Part shown: one piece after another, positions 41,747 through 51,420 of the stretch
How positions within the stretch are numbered: position 1 is the first letter of the stretch
How the letters are laid out: each line of letters opens with the position of its first letter
Source: Desulfatiglandales bacterium
GTDB taxonomy: Bacteria; Desulfobacterota; DSM-4660; Desulfatiglandales; HGW-15
Reading direction: 5' to 3'
DNA length: 64,000 nucleotides
NCBI GenBank assembly: GCA_963667015.2
Contig: CAXXJJ010000004.1
Span: 3,040,001-3,104,000, forward strand
Translations under genes and position numbers: made by a program
Notes under the pieces: model-generated
Seen by the model: the letters and a program-made list of their open reading frames with translations, nothing else
Told to the model about the DNA's origin: nothing
The model's database searches: none

Positions 41747-42925
41747 ATTCCTCCCCCTGATTGCAGGAGTCAAAGGATGATTCATTCTCTCCTGCGCAAG
41801 TTTATATGCCTTTTTATTATTTTCTTTTATTTCCGAATAGTATTTATGTGCCTCATCTATAGAACCCAGCATCTCATATGCATTACCAATTTCATATAGA
41901 GACCATACATCATAATGATCCGGAATAAACCCTTTTAATTTTTTAGAAATTTTATATGCGTTTTTTTGTGCCGAAATAGCCTGATCATATTTATTCATCC
42001 TGGAATATGCCACTCCCAGGGTGTACCAGGCATCGCCATGCAGATAGGGATAATCACTGAGGGCGTCTGCCTGCAGTAAAGAGTTCAATGTCTGTAACGC
42101 AAGATCGTACTCATGGAGGTGAAGGTAAGATGCTCCAAGGATAAGCCTTAGATAATGATTGTGGGTATATTCGGCTGTTAAATCCTTTAATAAAGCCAGG
42201 GCTGTTTCATAATCCTTTTCATAAAAATAGACGCTGTCTGCGAGAAAGGTTTTTGCATCTCCTTTCAAATCTCCTTCTTCTGAGGCAATGGTAAGCTGCT
42301 CAATACCCTTTTCCCTATCTCCCTCTGATCCTCCCAGCAGAAAAGAAAGTGATTTAACAGCCTTTGGCAGGGTAGCAGCATAATAGTTGTACATACCGAG
42401 CAGAAAATAGGCATTACTGTAACCGGGCTCTTTTTCTATAATTTTTTCTACGTATTTTATTCCCTTGCGGCCATACCACCAGGCACGGACCCATCTGTCC
42501 GTGTTGGCATAAAAAAGGCCGATATTTCCATATGCGCTTCCCAGTACAAATTGTGTTTCAATATCATCCTGTTTCAGCGTTTTCTCGGCAATGGCCTTTG
42601 TTTTATATAAAAGGGATTTGAATTCCTTAAGAGTCTTTTTATCGGGATTTAAATAGGCATACTGCCAGCAATGAAAATAGCTTTGCGATTTATATAAATA
42701 ACCAATTGCGTTTTCCGGCTCCATCCGGATCATTTCATCAAATATTTTATCCGCCTCATCATACCGCATATCAAGAACCAGTTCATATCCCCTGGAGCCC
42801 AGCTCATAATAGAGACCTCTGGCTTCTCCTATGGCTGGAGTTATGAAAAAAATTGCGAATAAAATTGTAAGCAATAGGGTACGCATCGCTGTCCCCGTAT
42901 TAATACAGCCTCCTCTAAATGGCAC
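41744..42925 (-). CDS. Exported TPR-repeat protein
   Basis: Signal peptide (MRTLLL...) and multiple TPRs. Confidence 0.8.
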   Translation of the reverse strand: MPFRGGCINTGTAMRTLLLTILFAIFFITPAIGEARGLYYELGSRGYELVLDMRYDEADKIFDEMIRMEPENAIGYLYKSQSYFHCWQYAYLNPDKKTLKEFKSLLYKTKAIAEKTLKQDDIETQFVLGSAYGNIGLFYANTDRWVRAWWYGRKGIKYVEKIIEKEPGYSNAYFLLGMYNYYAATLPKAVKSLSFLLGGSEGDREKGIEQLTIASEEGDLKGDAKTFLADSVYFYEKDYETALALLKDLTAEYTHNHYLRLILGASYLHLHEYDLALQTLNSLLQADALSDYPYLHGDAWYTLGVAYSRMNKYDQAISAQKNAYKISKKLKGFIPDHYDVWSLYEIGNAYEMLGSIDEAHKYYSEIKENNKKAYKLAQERMNHPLTPAIRGRN

Positions 42926-44361
42926 TATTCATCTGTCACAATTTTTCTGAGGGCCTTAACCATATCTTCAGGCAATAATTGAGGCTTGTGATTTTCAAGA
43001 ATCTCATCTACCTTTTCTGTTGCCCGTTCACCCAGATCCTTTGCCCCTTTTGCCTGCCACTGGTTATAATTTCCGCGTTCAAAAAGTTCGGGATACCACC
43101 GGTCTCTGAAATGCTTCAGGGTATGGGGATGATCAAGATACTGTCCGTCCGGACCTACTTCATCAATAAGGTCAAGAGCCAGGGTATCATCATTGATCTC
43201 CGTTTCCTTCATAAAGGCCTCAAGCCAGCTTATGATCTCGTTGCATATAGCCAGTTGCGGAAGTGACCCGGAAAGACCTGACTCCAGGTAACCAACATCG
43301 TGAATCATATTACCACCAAACAGTGCATCGGTAAACAGGGTGAGTGCGGCTTCGATTGCGGCCTGCTGATCAACCAGTTTTGATTCGCTGCAGCCGCCGA
43401 GGCTGAATGTCGGGAGCCCCATGTACTTGGCAAAATCAATTGCCTGGCCACGTTTCTCGGGATCGGCATATGGCTGAATGGTAGAAGACATATCCAGCAT
43501 GTTGCCTCCCCAGCCCGGCATAATAAAAGGCGCGCCTTCCCTTTTAAGCTGAGAGATAACAAGCCCTGCAAGAACCCCTGCATAGTTTACAGCCATAGTC
43601 CCTGCAATAGTTATTGGCGAAGTCACACCTCCCTGGGCCGACGGAATATAGCTGAAGGGCAGTCCTCTTCCTGATAAATACAATAATTTTTTAAGGGCTT
43701 CCTTATTGTGCACAAGGCCCCTGGTAACATTTATGTAGCATGCTGCAAAGGGTTTATATCTTAGTTTATCCTTTCCGCCTGCAACCAGTTCAGCCATTCT
43801 TACAACATCAACACATCCCTCAAATTCAGGCGCCACATAAACAATGGGCTTTGTAGTATAGTTGAGCATGGCCTCCATCTCGTAGCGGTCAAGCCTTTCC
43901 TGGGGAACATCCGAGGGCAGAAACATACTCATTACAAAATCTATATGTGGAAGGGCATCACTTACGATCATTCCCTCTTTAACGTCCTTAAGGGTCGCAA
44001 AGCGTCTTTCTCCTGACCTGTGATCCACAATATACGGGCAGTCTGATCCTGTCCCGAAATAACTGCGTGACCCGCCTACCTGCATTGCCCGCCTGCGGTT
44101 ACGGTCATATAAGGTGACATTTTTAGGAACAGTGCTGAATGCCTTTTCGACCATTCCTGCGGGTATCCTGACGCGGTTTCCATCGGTTACCTCTGCTCCT
44201 GCGTTGTTTAATAGATCGATAGCTTCCTGCTCATAAAGGGATACTCCGGTCCGCTCCAGAATTTCCAGGCAGGCCCAGTATAGCTTCTGACTTTGCCCGT
44301 CAGATAATTTTTTTGCATAAGGGCTCAGCAAAGCATATTGATTACTGATTATTTTAGCCAT
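42925..44361 (-). CDS. Trimethylamine methyltransferase (MttB) superfamily, non-pyrrolysine
   Basis: LEILERTGV, SPITIAG, SKLVDQQA and GYLESGL motifs; no in-frame amber codon. Confidence 0.88.
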   Translation of the reverse strand: MAKIISNQYALLSPYAKKLSDGQSQKLYWACLEILERTGVSLYEQEAIDLLNNAGAEVTDGNRVRIPAGMVEKAFSTVPKNVTLYDRNRRRAMQVGGSRSYFGTGSDCPYIVDHRSGERRFATLKDVKEGMIVSDALPHIDFVMSMFLPSDVPQERLDRYEMEAMLNYTTKPIVYVAPEFEGCVDVVRMAELVAGGKDKLRYKPFAACYINVTRGLVHNKEALKKLLYLSGRGLPFSYIPSAQGGVTSPITIAGTMAVNYAGVLAGLVISQLKREGAPFIMPGWGGNMLDMSSTIQPYADPEKRGQAIDFAKYMGLPTFSLGGCSESKLVDQQAAIEAALTLFTDALFGGNMIHDVGYLESGLSGSLPQLAICNEIISWLEAFMKETEINDDTLALDLIDEVGPDGQYLDHPHTLKHFRDRWYPELFERGNYNQWQAKGAKDLGERATEKVDEILENHKPQLLPEDMVKALRKIVTDE

Positions 44362-44524
44362 AAATTAACTCCTTTGGTTTAAATTTCAGTGTGATAAATT
44401 ATAAAAAATATTTTAAAAATTATTAAAAGGCTGAAACTGTTAAGAATGAAGGCCTGTCCTTTTTGATTACATATCCCGGCTTAAATTTAAAAACAGGGAG
44501 AAAAAGGCAGGACTTCCCTGGACG

Positions 44525-44803
44525 TTAGAAAACGGTCCGACCGACAAATCGGTCCTTTGATTTTCTGAATTTGGAACACAGGTTTCTTTGATGATCAGAG
44601 GAAGATGAACACCATTGGCCGCAGCCGTAGTCGCTGCCTGTATTTTTGATTATGCTTTTACATTCAGGGCAGCGGCGGGTAATTTCATCTTTAAAGAATT
44701 CAACAGTATTACCGCAATGAGGGCATTCGAGTTCAAATATGGAATCAAATCCCCATTCACTAAAATCATTGCCTGAACATTTTCTCAATTTTCTTTTCCT
44801 CAT
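44525..44803 (-). CDS. Small zinc-ribbon protein
   Basis: CPHCGNTVEFFKDE..CPEC..GCGQWC. Confidence 0.7.
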   Translation of the reverse strand: MRKRKLRKCSGNDFSEWGFDSIFELECPHCGNTVEFFKDEITRRCPECKSIIKNTGSDYGCGQWCSSSSDHQRNLCSKFRKSKDRFVGRTVF

Positions 44804-45028
44804 TGGATTTTAATTTTGTAAAAGCTGCACTTCTATATCAGATTTTGTCTCATTTTAAAAGGGCTGCACCCTCATCACTACTTTTACTCAATTATATCAG
44901 TCAGATAAAGATAGGGATATGGCGATGGCGTTTAATCGGGATCAGGTTTTCCGGAAAAGGATTGTTGACATGCCTGGCCCTGAATGAAATACTTTTTTTC
45001 ATACAAAAATCCTTTGGATTAGATCGAT

Positions 45029-46324
45029 ATGCATAACTGGCTTTATTTAACTATATTTGTTTTATCCTTTCTGGGAATTACAATCCTGTCACTGCACCGG
45101 TTCAGGCAGGTAAAAACCAGTGCTGATTTTTCCGTGGCCAGCCGTTCTCTGGGGGCGCCCGGCGTGTCATGGGTTATTATCGGCACCCTGGTTGGCGGTG
45201 CGTCTACCATCGGTACTGTCCAGATGGCCTATGAAAGCGGTTTATCCGCCTGGATCTTCACGCTGGGAAGCGGGATCGCATGCTTTTTTCTTGGACTGCT
45301 CTTTTCAAAGGCACTGCGCGAAAGAGGCACCATTACTGTCTCCGAATTCCTGGGATTACAGTTCGGAAAATCCTTTCAGGTATACAGCAGCCTGTTTACT
45401 TCTATAGGTATGTTTGTGCATGTAGTAGGACAGTTTCTTGCCTCCATGGCCATTCTCCAGTCCATTTTCGGATTTTCAGTATGGCCTTCCATTATTATCA
45501 GCTTTATGCTCATGGCCCTGTTTGTAACCCTTGGGGGTGTGAGCGGTGCCGGATTGATCGGCAAGTTTAAATTTTTCATGCTCTACGGCATGCTGCTGCT
45601 TTCCGCAGGATACGCACTCAAACTCGGAAACGGCACTGCGATGCTTGACCGCCTTCCCGATAAGGAAACTCTTTTTAATCTTTTTTCCTATGGTACGGGC
45701 CAGGGCATAATTGATCTGGGTTCCATGATTGTAGGCGTGATCTCCACCCAGATTTATCTGCAGGCTATTTTCAGTGCAAGGGATGTTCGGGCCGCGCGAA
45801 ACGGGGCATATCTCAGTGCAGCCATCATTCCGCCTGTGGGCATCATGGGCATTGTAATCGGGTTATATCTAAAGGCCTATCATCCTGAACTTGCCGGAAA
45901 CACGGCCCAGGCCCTTCCATTTTTTCTGAACACATATTTTCCGCCTGCCCTTGCGGCATTTTTTTCTGCCGGACTTTTACTTGTAGCCCTTGGAACAGGG
46001 GCAGGACTGGTTCTGGGAGTGACCACAAATCTGGATGTAGATTTTTTCGGAACAGCCGGAAAAATGAGTGCCCGAAAACATCTCATGAGACTAAGGGTGT
46101 TAAGCCTTGTTGTACTGTCTCTGTCAGTAATCCTTGTGCTTACAGGTCTGGATTCCGCCATTCTGGAATGGAGCTATCTTTCCATGGGTCTGAGAGGGTC
46201 TGCCATATTTTTCGGGCTGTGCATTGCAGTATTCCTTCCTTCCTGGAACCGGTTTAAATTCCTGCGGTATCTATTGTATCTTTTACCTCCCGTGTTTATT
46301 ATTCTGGCATTGTTTTTACAGTAA
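45029..46324 (+). CDS. Sodium:solute symporter family protein
   Basis: DFSVASRSL, GTLVGGASTIG and about 12 TM segments. Confidence 0.87.
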   Translation: MHNWLYLTIFVLSFLGITILSLHRFRQVKTSADFSVASRSLGAPGVSWVIIGTLVGGASTIGTVQMAYESGLSAWIFTLGSGIACFFLGLLFSKALRERGTITVSEFLGLQFGKSFQVYSSLFTSIGMFVHVVGQFLASMAILQSIFGFSVWPSIIISFMLMALFVTLGGVSGAGLIGKFKFFMLYGMLLLSAGYALKLGNGTAMLDRLPDKETLFNLFSYGTGQGIIDLGSMIVGVISTQIYLQAIFSARDVRAARNGAYLSAAIIPPVGIMGIVIGLYLKAYHPELAGNTAQALPFFLNTYFPPALAAFFSAGLLLVALGTGAGLVLGVTTNLDVDFFGTAGKMSARKHLMRLRVLSLVVLSLSVILVLTGLDSAILEWSYLSMGLRGSAIFFGLCIAVFLPSWNRFKFLRYLLYLLPPVFIILALFLQ

Positions 46325-46355
46325 ATGATTTCCAAACCTGAAACAGGAGAACAGT

Positions 46356-47030
46356 ATGAACTCGGAAACCAATGCAAAAACACCTGAAGAATTAAGTAAT
46401 AACGGGTTTGAATTGATGAAAGCCGGTGATTATGATTCTGCTCTCCCGCTTTTTTTAGAGGCAGCAGAACTCTACACACAGGATAAGGATTTTAAAAATA
46501 AGGCTGTTCAGCTTCAGATGATATCCGAAATTTATCGACTGACCAGTAATATCAATGAGGCAGTTAAAACTTGTGAACACCTGGTTGAGCTGTATGAAGA
46601 AATTAAGGAATATGAGCAGGAATTCCGTGTTTTAAACAATATGGGGCTTCTTGAGATCGGCCGAAAAAATTATGACAGGGCACTTGTCCGGTTCCAGAAT
46701 GCCCTGGAACTGGCCGGGAAACTGGGTAATAAAAAAAATGAGGCAATTCAGTCCGGGAATATAGGTTCTACCTATCGGGACATGAGTAATTCGGAAAAGG
46801 CCATTGAGTACTATGAAAAGGCGCTTCGTCTTTACGAAGAATCAGGGCAACGAGAAGGCGTTGCAGATCAGTACACAAATATCGCCTATATTCATGTTAC
46901 AGAGAAAAGATTTAAAGAGGCCCTCGAGTTCTATCAAAAGGCCCTGCCTGTTTATATGGAAACAGAAAAAACAGATAAGGCACAATTTACAGGGCAGAAT
47001 ATTGAAAAGCTTGAGGCAATTATCAGTTAA
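46356..47030 (+). CDS. TPR-repeat protein
   Basis: LNNMG, GNIG..Y and EKALRLY TPR motifs. Confidence 0.85.
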   Translation: MNSETNAKTPEELSNNGFELMKAGDYDSALPLFLEAAELYTQDKDFKNKAVQLQMISEIYRLTSNINEAVKTCEHLVELYEEIKEYEQEFRVLNNMGLLEIGRKNYDRALVRFQNALELAGKLGNKKNEAIQSGNIGSTYRDMSNSEKAIEYYEKALRLYEESGQREGVADQYTNIAYIHVTEKRFKEALEFYQKALPVYMETEKTDKAQFTGQNIEKLEAIIS

Positions 47031-47035
47031 CAATA

Positions 47036-47080
47036 AGAAAGGGGCAGTATTTTTTCTTACAAAAAAATACTGCCCCTTTG
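47036..47080. terminator. Bidirectional intrinsic terminator
   Basis: AAAGGGGCAGTATTTTTT...AAAAAATACTGCCCCTTT between convergent genes. Confidence 0.75.
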
Positions 47081-47099
47081 TTATATTAATAAAATTCTT

Positions 47100-47405
47100 T
47101 TAATCCTGATTCTTCTGGAGATTGTCACATACCCCATCTCCATCCGCATCTACATAATTGGGTCCCTGCTGAGCTCCTCTGCCAGCGCCTTTTTTCCCCT
47201 GGCCTTTGTAACCCTTGCCTTTTCCTGCGCCACGTGAACCGGCATTATCACAAATCCCGTCTCCGTTTTTATCCACATAATTCATTCCGCATTTAGCACC
47301 GCCAGCACCACGCCCATATCTTTTGCCATTACCCTGGGCATATGACCAGGATCCAACAGCCAGGATACAGATGGTTAACATTATTATTGTTGCTATACGT
47401 CTCAT
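47100..47405 (-). CDS. Small secreted Gly/Lys-rich protein with two DxxGDGxCD (Ca-binding-like) repeats
   Basis: Signal peptide; NYVDKNGDGICDN and NYVDADGDGVCDN. Confidence 0.8.
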   Translation of the reverse strand: MRRIATIIMLTICILAVGSWSYAQGNGKRYGRGAGGAKCGMNYVDKNGDGICDNAGSRGAGKGKGYKGQGKKGAGRGAQQGPNYVDADGDGVCDNLQKNQD

Positions 47406-47940
47406 TGTTTATCTCCTTTATAAATATTCTGGTTTAATTTTTACCTTTATTCCCGAAATCAGCGCTGGTTTCGTTCATGTCTCAGCATGCATTCATCTGG
47501 TAATACGAACCGGAGATTAATTTTCTTTCATTTTTTTCAAAAAAAATAAAAAACCCGGAAACAGGGTATGCGAATTTAAATAACTACTTATTATTACAAA
47601 ACATTTTTTATAACATTTTTCAATTTGGGGATTTTGCTGATATTGGCATTTTCCCCAAATAGAAAAATTTCATATTTGAATCAGCGCCCCCCAACAGCCT
47701 TCAGGCCAACCGGCTTCTTTTCCTGGTTCCAATGGTCCTCCTTTGGAACGCCGCCTTTTGACGCTCTGCGTCGCCTTTATGCATTTCCTCTTTTATCAGC
47801 CTTTCCTAAAGTCTTCAGCCTTTAGCTGTTGACATAGCTATGATACTTTTCATAATAATGTCCTCTTAAGATTAAACAGTAATACCTTTTCGCTGGCAAA
47901 GGCTTTTCCAGCTATTTCAACTTGAGACATCAGGAAAATC

Positions 47941-48360
47941 ATGGGCTATAGTTTAAGAATATTCTTTATTGATAAAGACGACAACATTAAGAAGGTCCCT
48001 TTAACCCGTTTTGACAGAATCCGGGCAAGAGATCCCAAAGAAAAACTTCTTGAATATAAAAATTCCAGAATCAGATATGCAGAGATAGTGGTAGAGCTTG
48101 CAAACAGAAAACCTGTTTTTATGGCAAGAGCTGTTTATGGTTATCTGCAATTTGACTCGGAGGGACGGCTTGATAAAAAGTTTATGGATGATGAGTGGGA
48201 TATAATGTGCAATATCCTCCCATTATCTTCCTCGCCAGATGCTGATAAAAAGATTATATATGCCAATGACAGGTTCGCAGAAAAGAGATTCAAAAATAAA
48301 TTTAAATGGTCGCCTTCTCCTGAACTTGAAAAGAAAATCTTTGATAAAATATTTGAATAA
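47941..48360 (+). CDS. Hypothetical protein
   Basis: 139-aa ORF with RBS AGGA; no recognised motif. Confidence 0.65.
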   Translation: MGYSLRIFFIDKDDNIKKVPLTRFDRIRARDPKEKLLEYKNSRIRYAEIVVELANRKPVFMARAVYGYLQFDSEGRLDKKFMDDEWDIMCNILPLSSSPDADKKIIYANDRFAEKRFKNKFKWSPSPELEKKIFDKIFE

Positions 48361-48425
48361 AATTTATTTACAGCATTGTTGAGTAAAAACCATCAACCTG
48401 ATTATTTCGTTAGTGTCCCTAACTT

Positions 48426-48452
48426 GTAGGGTCAGTGCCCCTGTGCCTGCCC
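48426..48452 (+). repeat. REP-like half element (GTAG-type)
   Basis: GTAGGGTCAGTGCCCCTGTGCCTGCCC resembles GTAG-foot REP palindromes. Confidence 0.45.
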
Positions 48453-48519
48453 GGGTTTTGCTTTTTCTCTTTTATCTTTCATCGAAAAATCTTTCGCCCT
48501 TTTTCGAGAAGGTTGGAGT

Positions 48520-48579
48520 GTAAGGCTATATATACCTATTTTTTAAACCGGTTCTAGACCGGTTAATAACATGTTCTGC
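48520..48579 (+). other. Putative integron attI site
   Basis: AACCGGTTCTAGACCGGTTAATAACAT-G/TTCTGCC. GTTCTGCC (48573) pairs, with one G-T, with the first cassette's R'' GGTAGAAC (49254-49261), and no attC stem precedes it. Confidence 0.5.
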
Positions 48580-48589
48580 CTTTAGATAG

Positions 48590-48623
48590 TTGACAAATCC
48601 ACCCTCTGTTGTACAATTGTCAT
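48590..48623 (+). promoter_or_regulatory. TA cassette promoter with palindromic operator
   Basis: TTGACA (48590) - 16 bp - TACAAT (48612), overlapped by TTGTACAA and ACAATTGT palindromes. Confidence 0.6.
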
Positions 48624-48645
48624 TTATTAGTTCTTGGGGGCACAT

Positions 48646-49038
48646 ATGGAGATAATAATTGACACATCAGCATTAATAGCCGTTATCGTTGGAGAACCGG
48701 AACGTGATGCCATAGTCGATATTACCACTGGAAATAACCTGATAGGGCCGGGCTCAATTCCCTGGGAAATTGGAAATGCCTTTTCTGCAATGTTTAGACA
48801 AAAAAGATTAACAATACAAGAAGCTGAAAAAGGTGTTGCAATATTTAAAAGTATCCCTCTCCGCTACATCGAGCCGGATTTTATCAATTCGCTAAAAATA
48901 TCAAAAAAGACTAATATGTATGCTTATGATGCATATTTTCTTGATTGTGCTATGAGGTACAATGCTCCATTGCTGACATTGGATAAAAAACTAGAAGCAA
49001 TGGCAAATAAATTAAATATCCAAACACTGGAGGTTTAA
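48646..49038 (+). CDS. vapC: VapC/PIN-domain toxin
   Basis: IIDTSA, WEIGNA, YAYDA and LLTLD PIN motifs. Confidence 0.88.
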   Translation: MEIIIDTSALIAVIVGEPERDAIVDITTGNNLIGPGSIPWEIGNAFSAMFRQKRLTIQEAEKGVAIFKSIPLRYIEPDFINSLKISKKTNMYAYDAYFLDCAMRYNAPLLTLDKKLEAMANKLNIQTLEV

Positions 49039-49039
49039 A

Positions 49040-49258
49040 ATGCAGATATATACATATTCAGAAGCCAGGCAAAAACTTGCCTCTGTACTTGAGCAAGCTG
49101 AAAATACAGGCAAAGTATTAATCCGAAGAAAAGACGGTAGAACATTTGCATTGATCCCTGAGAAAAATGCCACGTCTCCATTAGATGTCCCATCAATTAA
49201 AGCCAAAGTCTCCACACAGGACATTGTAGATATCATTCGGGAAGGCAGAGAGAGGTAG
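49040..49258 (+). CDS. Phd/YefM-family antitoxin
   Basis: YTYSEARQKLASVLEQA..G.V.I.R; downstream of the toxin. Confidence 0.85.
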   Translation: MQIYTYSEARQKLASVLEQAENTGKVLIRRKDGRTFALIPEKNATSPLDVPSIKAKVSTQDIVDIIREGRER

Positions 49259-49316
49259 AACAAATGCATCAACTAAGACAAGGCGTTCCGCCTTGCTTGT
49301 TATGCTAGCATTAGCA
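49255..49316 (+). other. attC site 1 (R' mutated GTT to ATT)
   Basis: GTAGAAC-AAATGCATCAAC...CAAGGCGTTCCGCCTTG...GTTATGC-TAGC-ATTAGCA; central stem shared with attC at 55062. Confidence 0.72.
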
Positions 49317-49331
49317 GTGGGAGGCTTCAAA

Positions 49332-49958
49332 ATGATTTGGCTTTTTATAACAATAATTACAGCATTAATCATTTTTTTCATTTTGGTAATGAGAAGAAGT
49401 GGACAGACACACCAAGCAGACCTTACAATCCTGCCTGAGAGATTCGTTGTGTTTGATCTTGAAACCACTGGCTTAAAACTAGAGTCTCATGAAATAATTG
49501 AAATCGGAGCTATTCGCGTAAATCGTGACTCTGATAACCACGATACTTTCCAAGCATTGGTTAAGCCCACCAAGAAGATCCCTAAGAAAATTACCGAAAT
49601 TACAGGCATTACCCAAGATATGGTTGAGAACGACGGTGAACCCTTGGAAATACTTCTGCCCCAATTTCTAGTGTTTATAGGCGACCTTCCGCTCGTATCC
49701 TATAATGCTGAATTTGATATGGTTTTTTTAACAGCCGCAATAAAAAAAATTCAAGCTGGCAAACAGGTCAAAAATCGTGTTTCCTGTGCATTAAAGATGG
49801 CACGTCGCGCTTGGCCTGGACTGAAAAGCTATCGCTTACCTGATCTTGCAAAAATTGGTAACTTATCTGATGAGGATACTCACCGTGCGCTTGGTGACTG
49901 CAAACGTACGATGATTGTTTATACAGCAGCTGCAACCGAGTTGAAGAGTGTAAGGTAG
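49332..49958 (+). CDS. Cassette: DEDDh 3'-5' exonuclease (DnaQ-like) with N-terminal TM helix
   Basis: VFDLETTG, YNAEFD and HRALGDC motifs. Confidence 0.88.
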   Translation: MIWLFITIITALIIFFILVMRRSGQTHQADLTILPERFVVFDLETTGLKLESHEIIEIGAIRVNRDSDNHDTFQALVKPTKKIPKKITEITGITQDMVENDGEPLEILLPQFLVFIGDLPLVSYNAEFDMVFLTAAIKKIQAGKQVKNRVSCALKMARRAWPGLKSYRLPDLAKIGNLSDEDTHRALGDCKRTMIVYTAAATELKSVR

Positions 49959-49967
49959 GTAGATGAA

Positions 49968-50035
49968 TACTAACAATTTATTACCATCTGTTAATTTTTA
50001 TCAATGGTTTTGATGGTGACATCCACACATTGTGG
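49968..50035 (+). other. attC-like site 2 (degenerate)
   Basis: TACTAAC...TTACCATC/GATGGTGA stem...ATTGTGG. Confidence 0.45.
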
Positions 50036-50044
50036 AGTTATATC

Positions 50045-50416
50045 ATGAAACGAAACCTTGATCTTGTTAGGAAGTTACTTTTTTATTTTGAGGAAAAACC
50101 AGATGACAAAATAGAGGAGTGCCAGCCTATTGAGGGATACTCATCGCTGGAGATCAAGTATCATCCCTTACTCATGGATGAAGCCGGTCTTTTACGGTGC
50201 GAACGAGAAGTAACATCAAGCGGGAGAACAATATATGTACTACCTATGAGCCTTACATGGCAGGGTCATGAGTTTCTGGATGCAGCCCGGAATAGTAATT
50301 TCTGGCAAAGAGCCAAGACCATAGTCTATGAAAAAAATGGGGCACTATCCTTTGATATGCTTAAATCTGTACTACTGCATCTGTCAAAGGAGAGCATACA
50401 GGCATTTATCAGCTAA
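50045..50416 (+). CDS. Cassette: DUF2513-like protein
   Basis: MKRNLDLVRKLL, KYH.LLM.EAG and LTWQGHEFLDA motifs. Confidence 0.8.
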   Translation: MKRNLDLVRKLLFYFEEKPDDKIEECQPIEGYSSLEIKYHPLLMDEAGLLRCEREVTSSGRTIYVLPMSLTWQGHEFLDAARNSNFWQRAKTIVYEKNGALSFDMLKSVLLHLSKESIQAFIS

Positions 50417-50466
50417 CAATCTAATAAATCGGATTTGGAAAAAACCGACTATCAGCGCATCTATGA
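50411..50466 (+). other. attC-like site 3 (degenerate)
   Basis: AGCTAAC overlapping the stop codon; CTAATAA..TCGG/CCGA..TATCAG partial stem; R' not intact. Confidence 0.4.
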
Positions 50467-50489
50467 AACCAACAATTAACGTAATTGAA

Positions 50490-51287
50490 ATGAACTATTT
50501 GGAAGAATGCTGCAAAAAGGCTTTAGCGTCATCAGATGCCGCTTTAGTTGAAACTCAGCTAAAGTGTCTTATTAAAGATTATTCATTAATTAACTACATG
50601 CTTGGCTATAATTTTCCTCTTTGGAGAGGCAGAAAATGCGAATCACCCTCTGGATTTAAAAGCCTTAATGAATTGTCCTACCCTCCAGCAAAACTTACCA
50701 AGACCGGAAGACTTAATTATTCGGGGAAGCCTGTATTATATGCATCTTTCAATAAGTTTTGTGTTTTCGAAGAAATTGGAGCAAAAGAGGGAGAATATAT
50801 TCACCTCATAGGCTATCGAATTAAAAAACCAAAAAAGATTAGATGTTGCGTTATTGGAGAAGTTTTAAATGTACATCGTTCAGGACATGCTTGGGCTTCT
50901 GTCGAACTCGGACAGCAACTAAATAAAATCTTGAATAAAATACCCCCAAAGGTTGCTTGTAGTTTCGTTTATATCGATGCCTTTTTCTCGTCAATTCTTC
51001 GCGATGTAAAAGCTTCATCTAAAAACAACTATCTGCACTCAAGTATTCTTAGCTGTCTTCTCTTTGAAAAACTGAAGGAGGTAGATGCAATTCTTTACCC
51101 CAGCGTTGCACTTGAAAGCGCAATGAATATTGCAATATTACCTGGATCTGCTGATAGCATATTAGAGGTCGCTGGCACTTCAATAATACATATTGATAAA
51201 AAATATGAATATGGAATTTATGATTTTACTTTAGTAAGAAATGCTAAAGGAAATTTTACGAATGATTCATCGATAATCTGGGAATAA
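50490..51287 (+). CDS. Cassette: RES-domain protein
   Basis: LWRGR, SYPP..GRLN, VLYAS, E and DAILYPSV..NIAI motifs; start uncertain (50463 or 50490). Confidence 0.75.
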   Translation: MNYLEECCKKALASSDAALVETQLKCLIKDYSLINYMLGYNFPLWRGRKCESPSGFKSLNELSYPPAKLTKTGRLNYSGKPVLYASFNKFCVFEEIGAKEGEYIHLIGYRIKKPKKIRCCVIGEVLNVHRSGHAWASVELGQQLNKILNKIPPKVACSFVYIDAFFSSILRDVKASSKNNYLHSSILSCLLFEKLKEVDAILYPSVALESAMNIAILPGSADSILEVAGTSIIHIDKKYEYGIYDFTLVRNAKGNFTNDSSIIWE

Positions 51288-51293
51288 AAAATG

Positions 51294-51420
51294 CTTACCC
51301 TTATAAGTTCAAGGTTACCCAGCTACTATATCGCTGAGCAAACAGAGTCAACATTATCAACTATCTTGGGAGCATGAGGCTAGTTGCCATAAAATCGCCG
51401 GCTCCTTAACTCAACGTTGG
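51294..51420 (+). other. attC site 4, R' interrupted by the intron (GTTGG|CG)
   Basis: AGTTCAAGG/CCTTAACT L-box pairing with bulge; left arm homologous to attC at 56252 (GTTCAAGG..ACCC.GCTACTATATCGC.G.GCA). Confidence 0.7.

Noticed and set aside
42925..44361. Pyrrolysine-containing MttB
   Set aside because: The ORF is uninterrupted for 478 aa with no in-frame TAG.
47600..47830. GC-richer stretch upstream of the array as an intI or sigma-factor remnant
   Set aside because: Manual translation gave no integrase motifs (RHSFATH, SPLD) or any other convincing motif.
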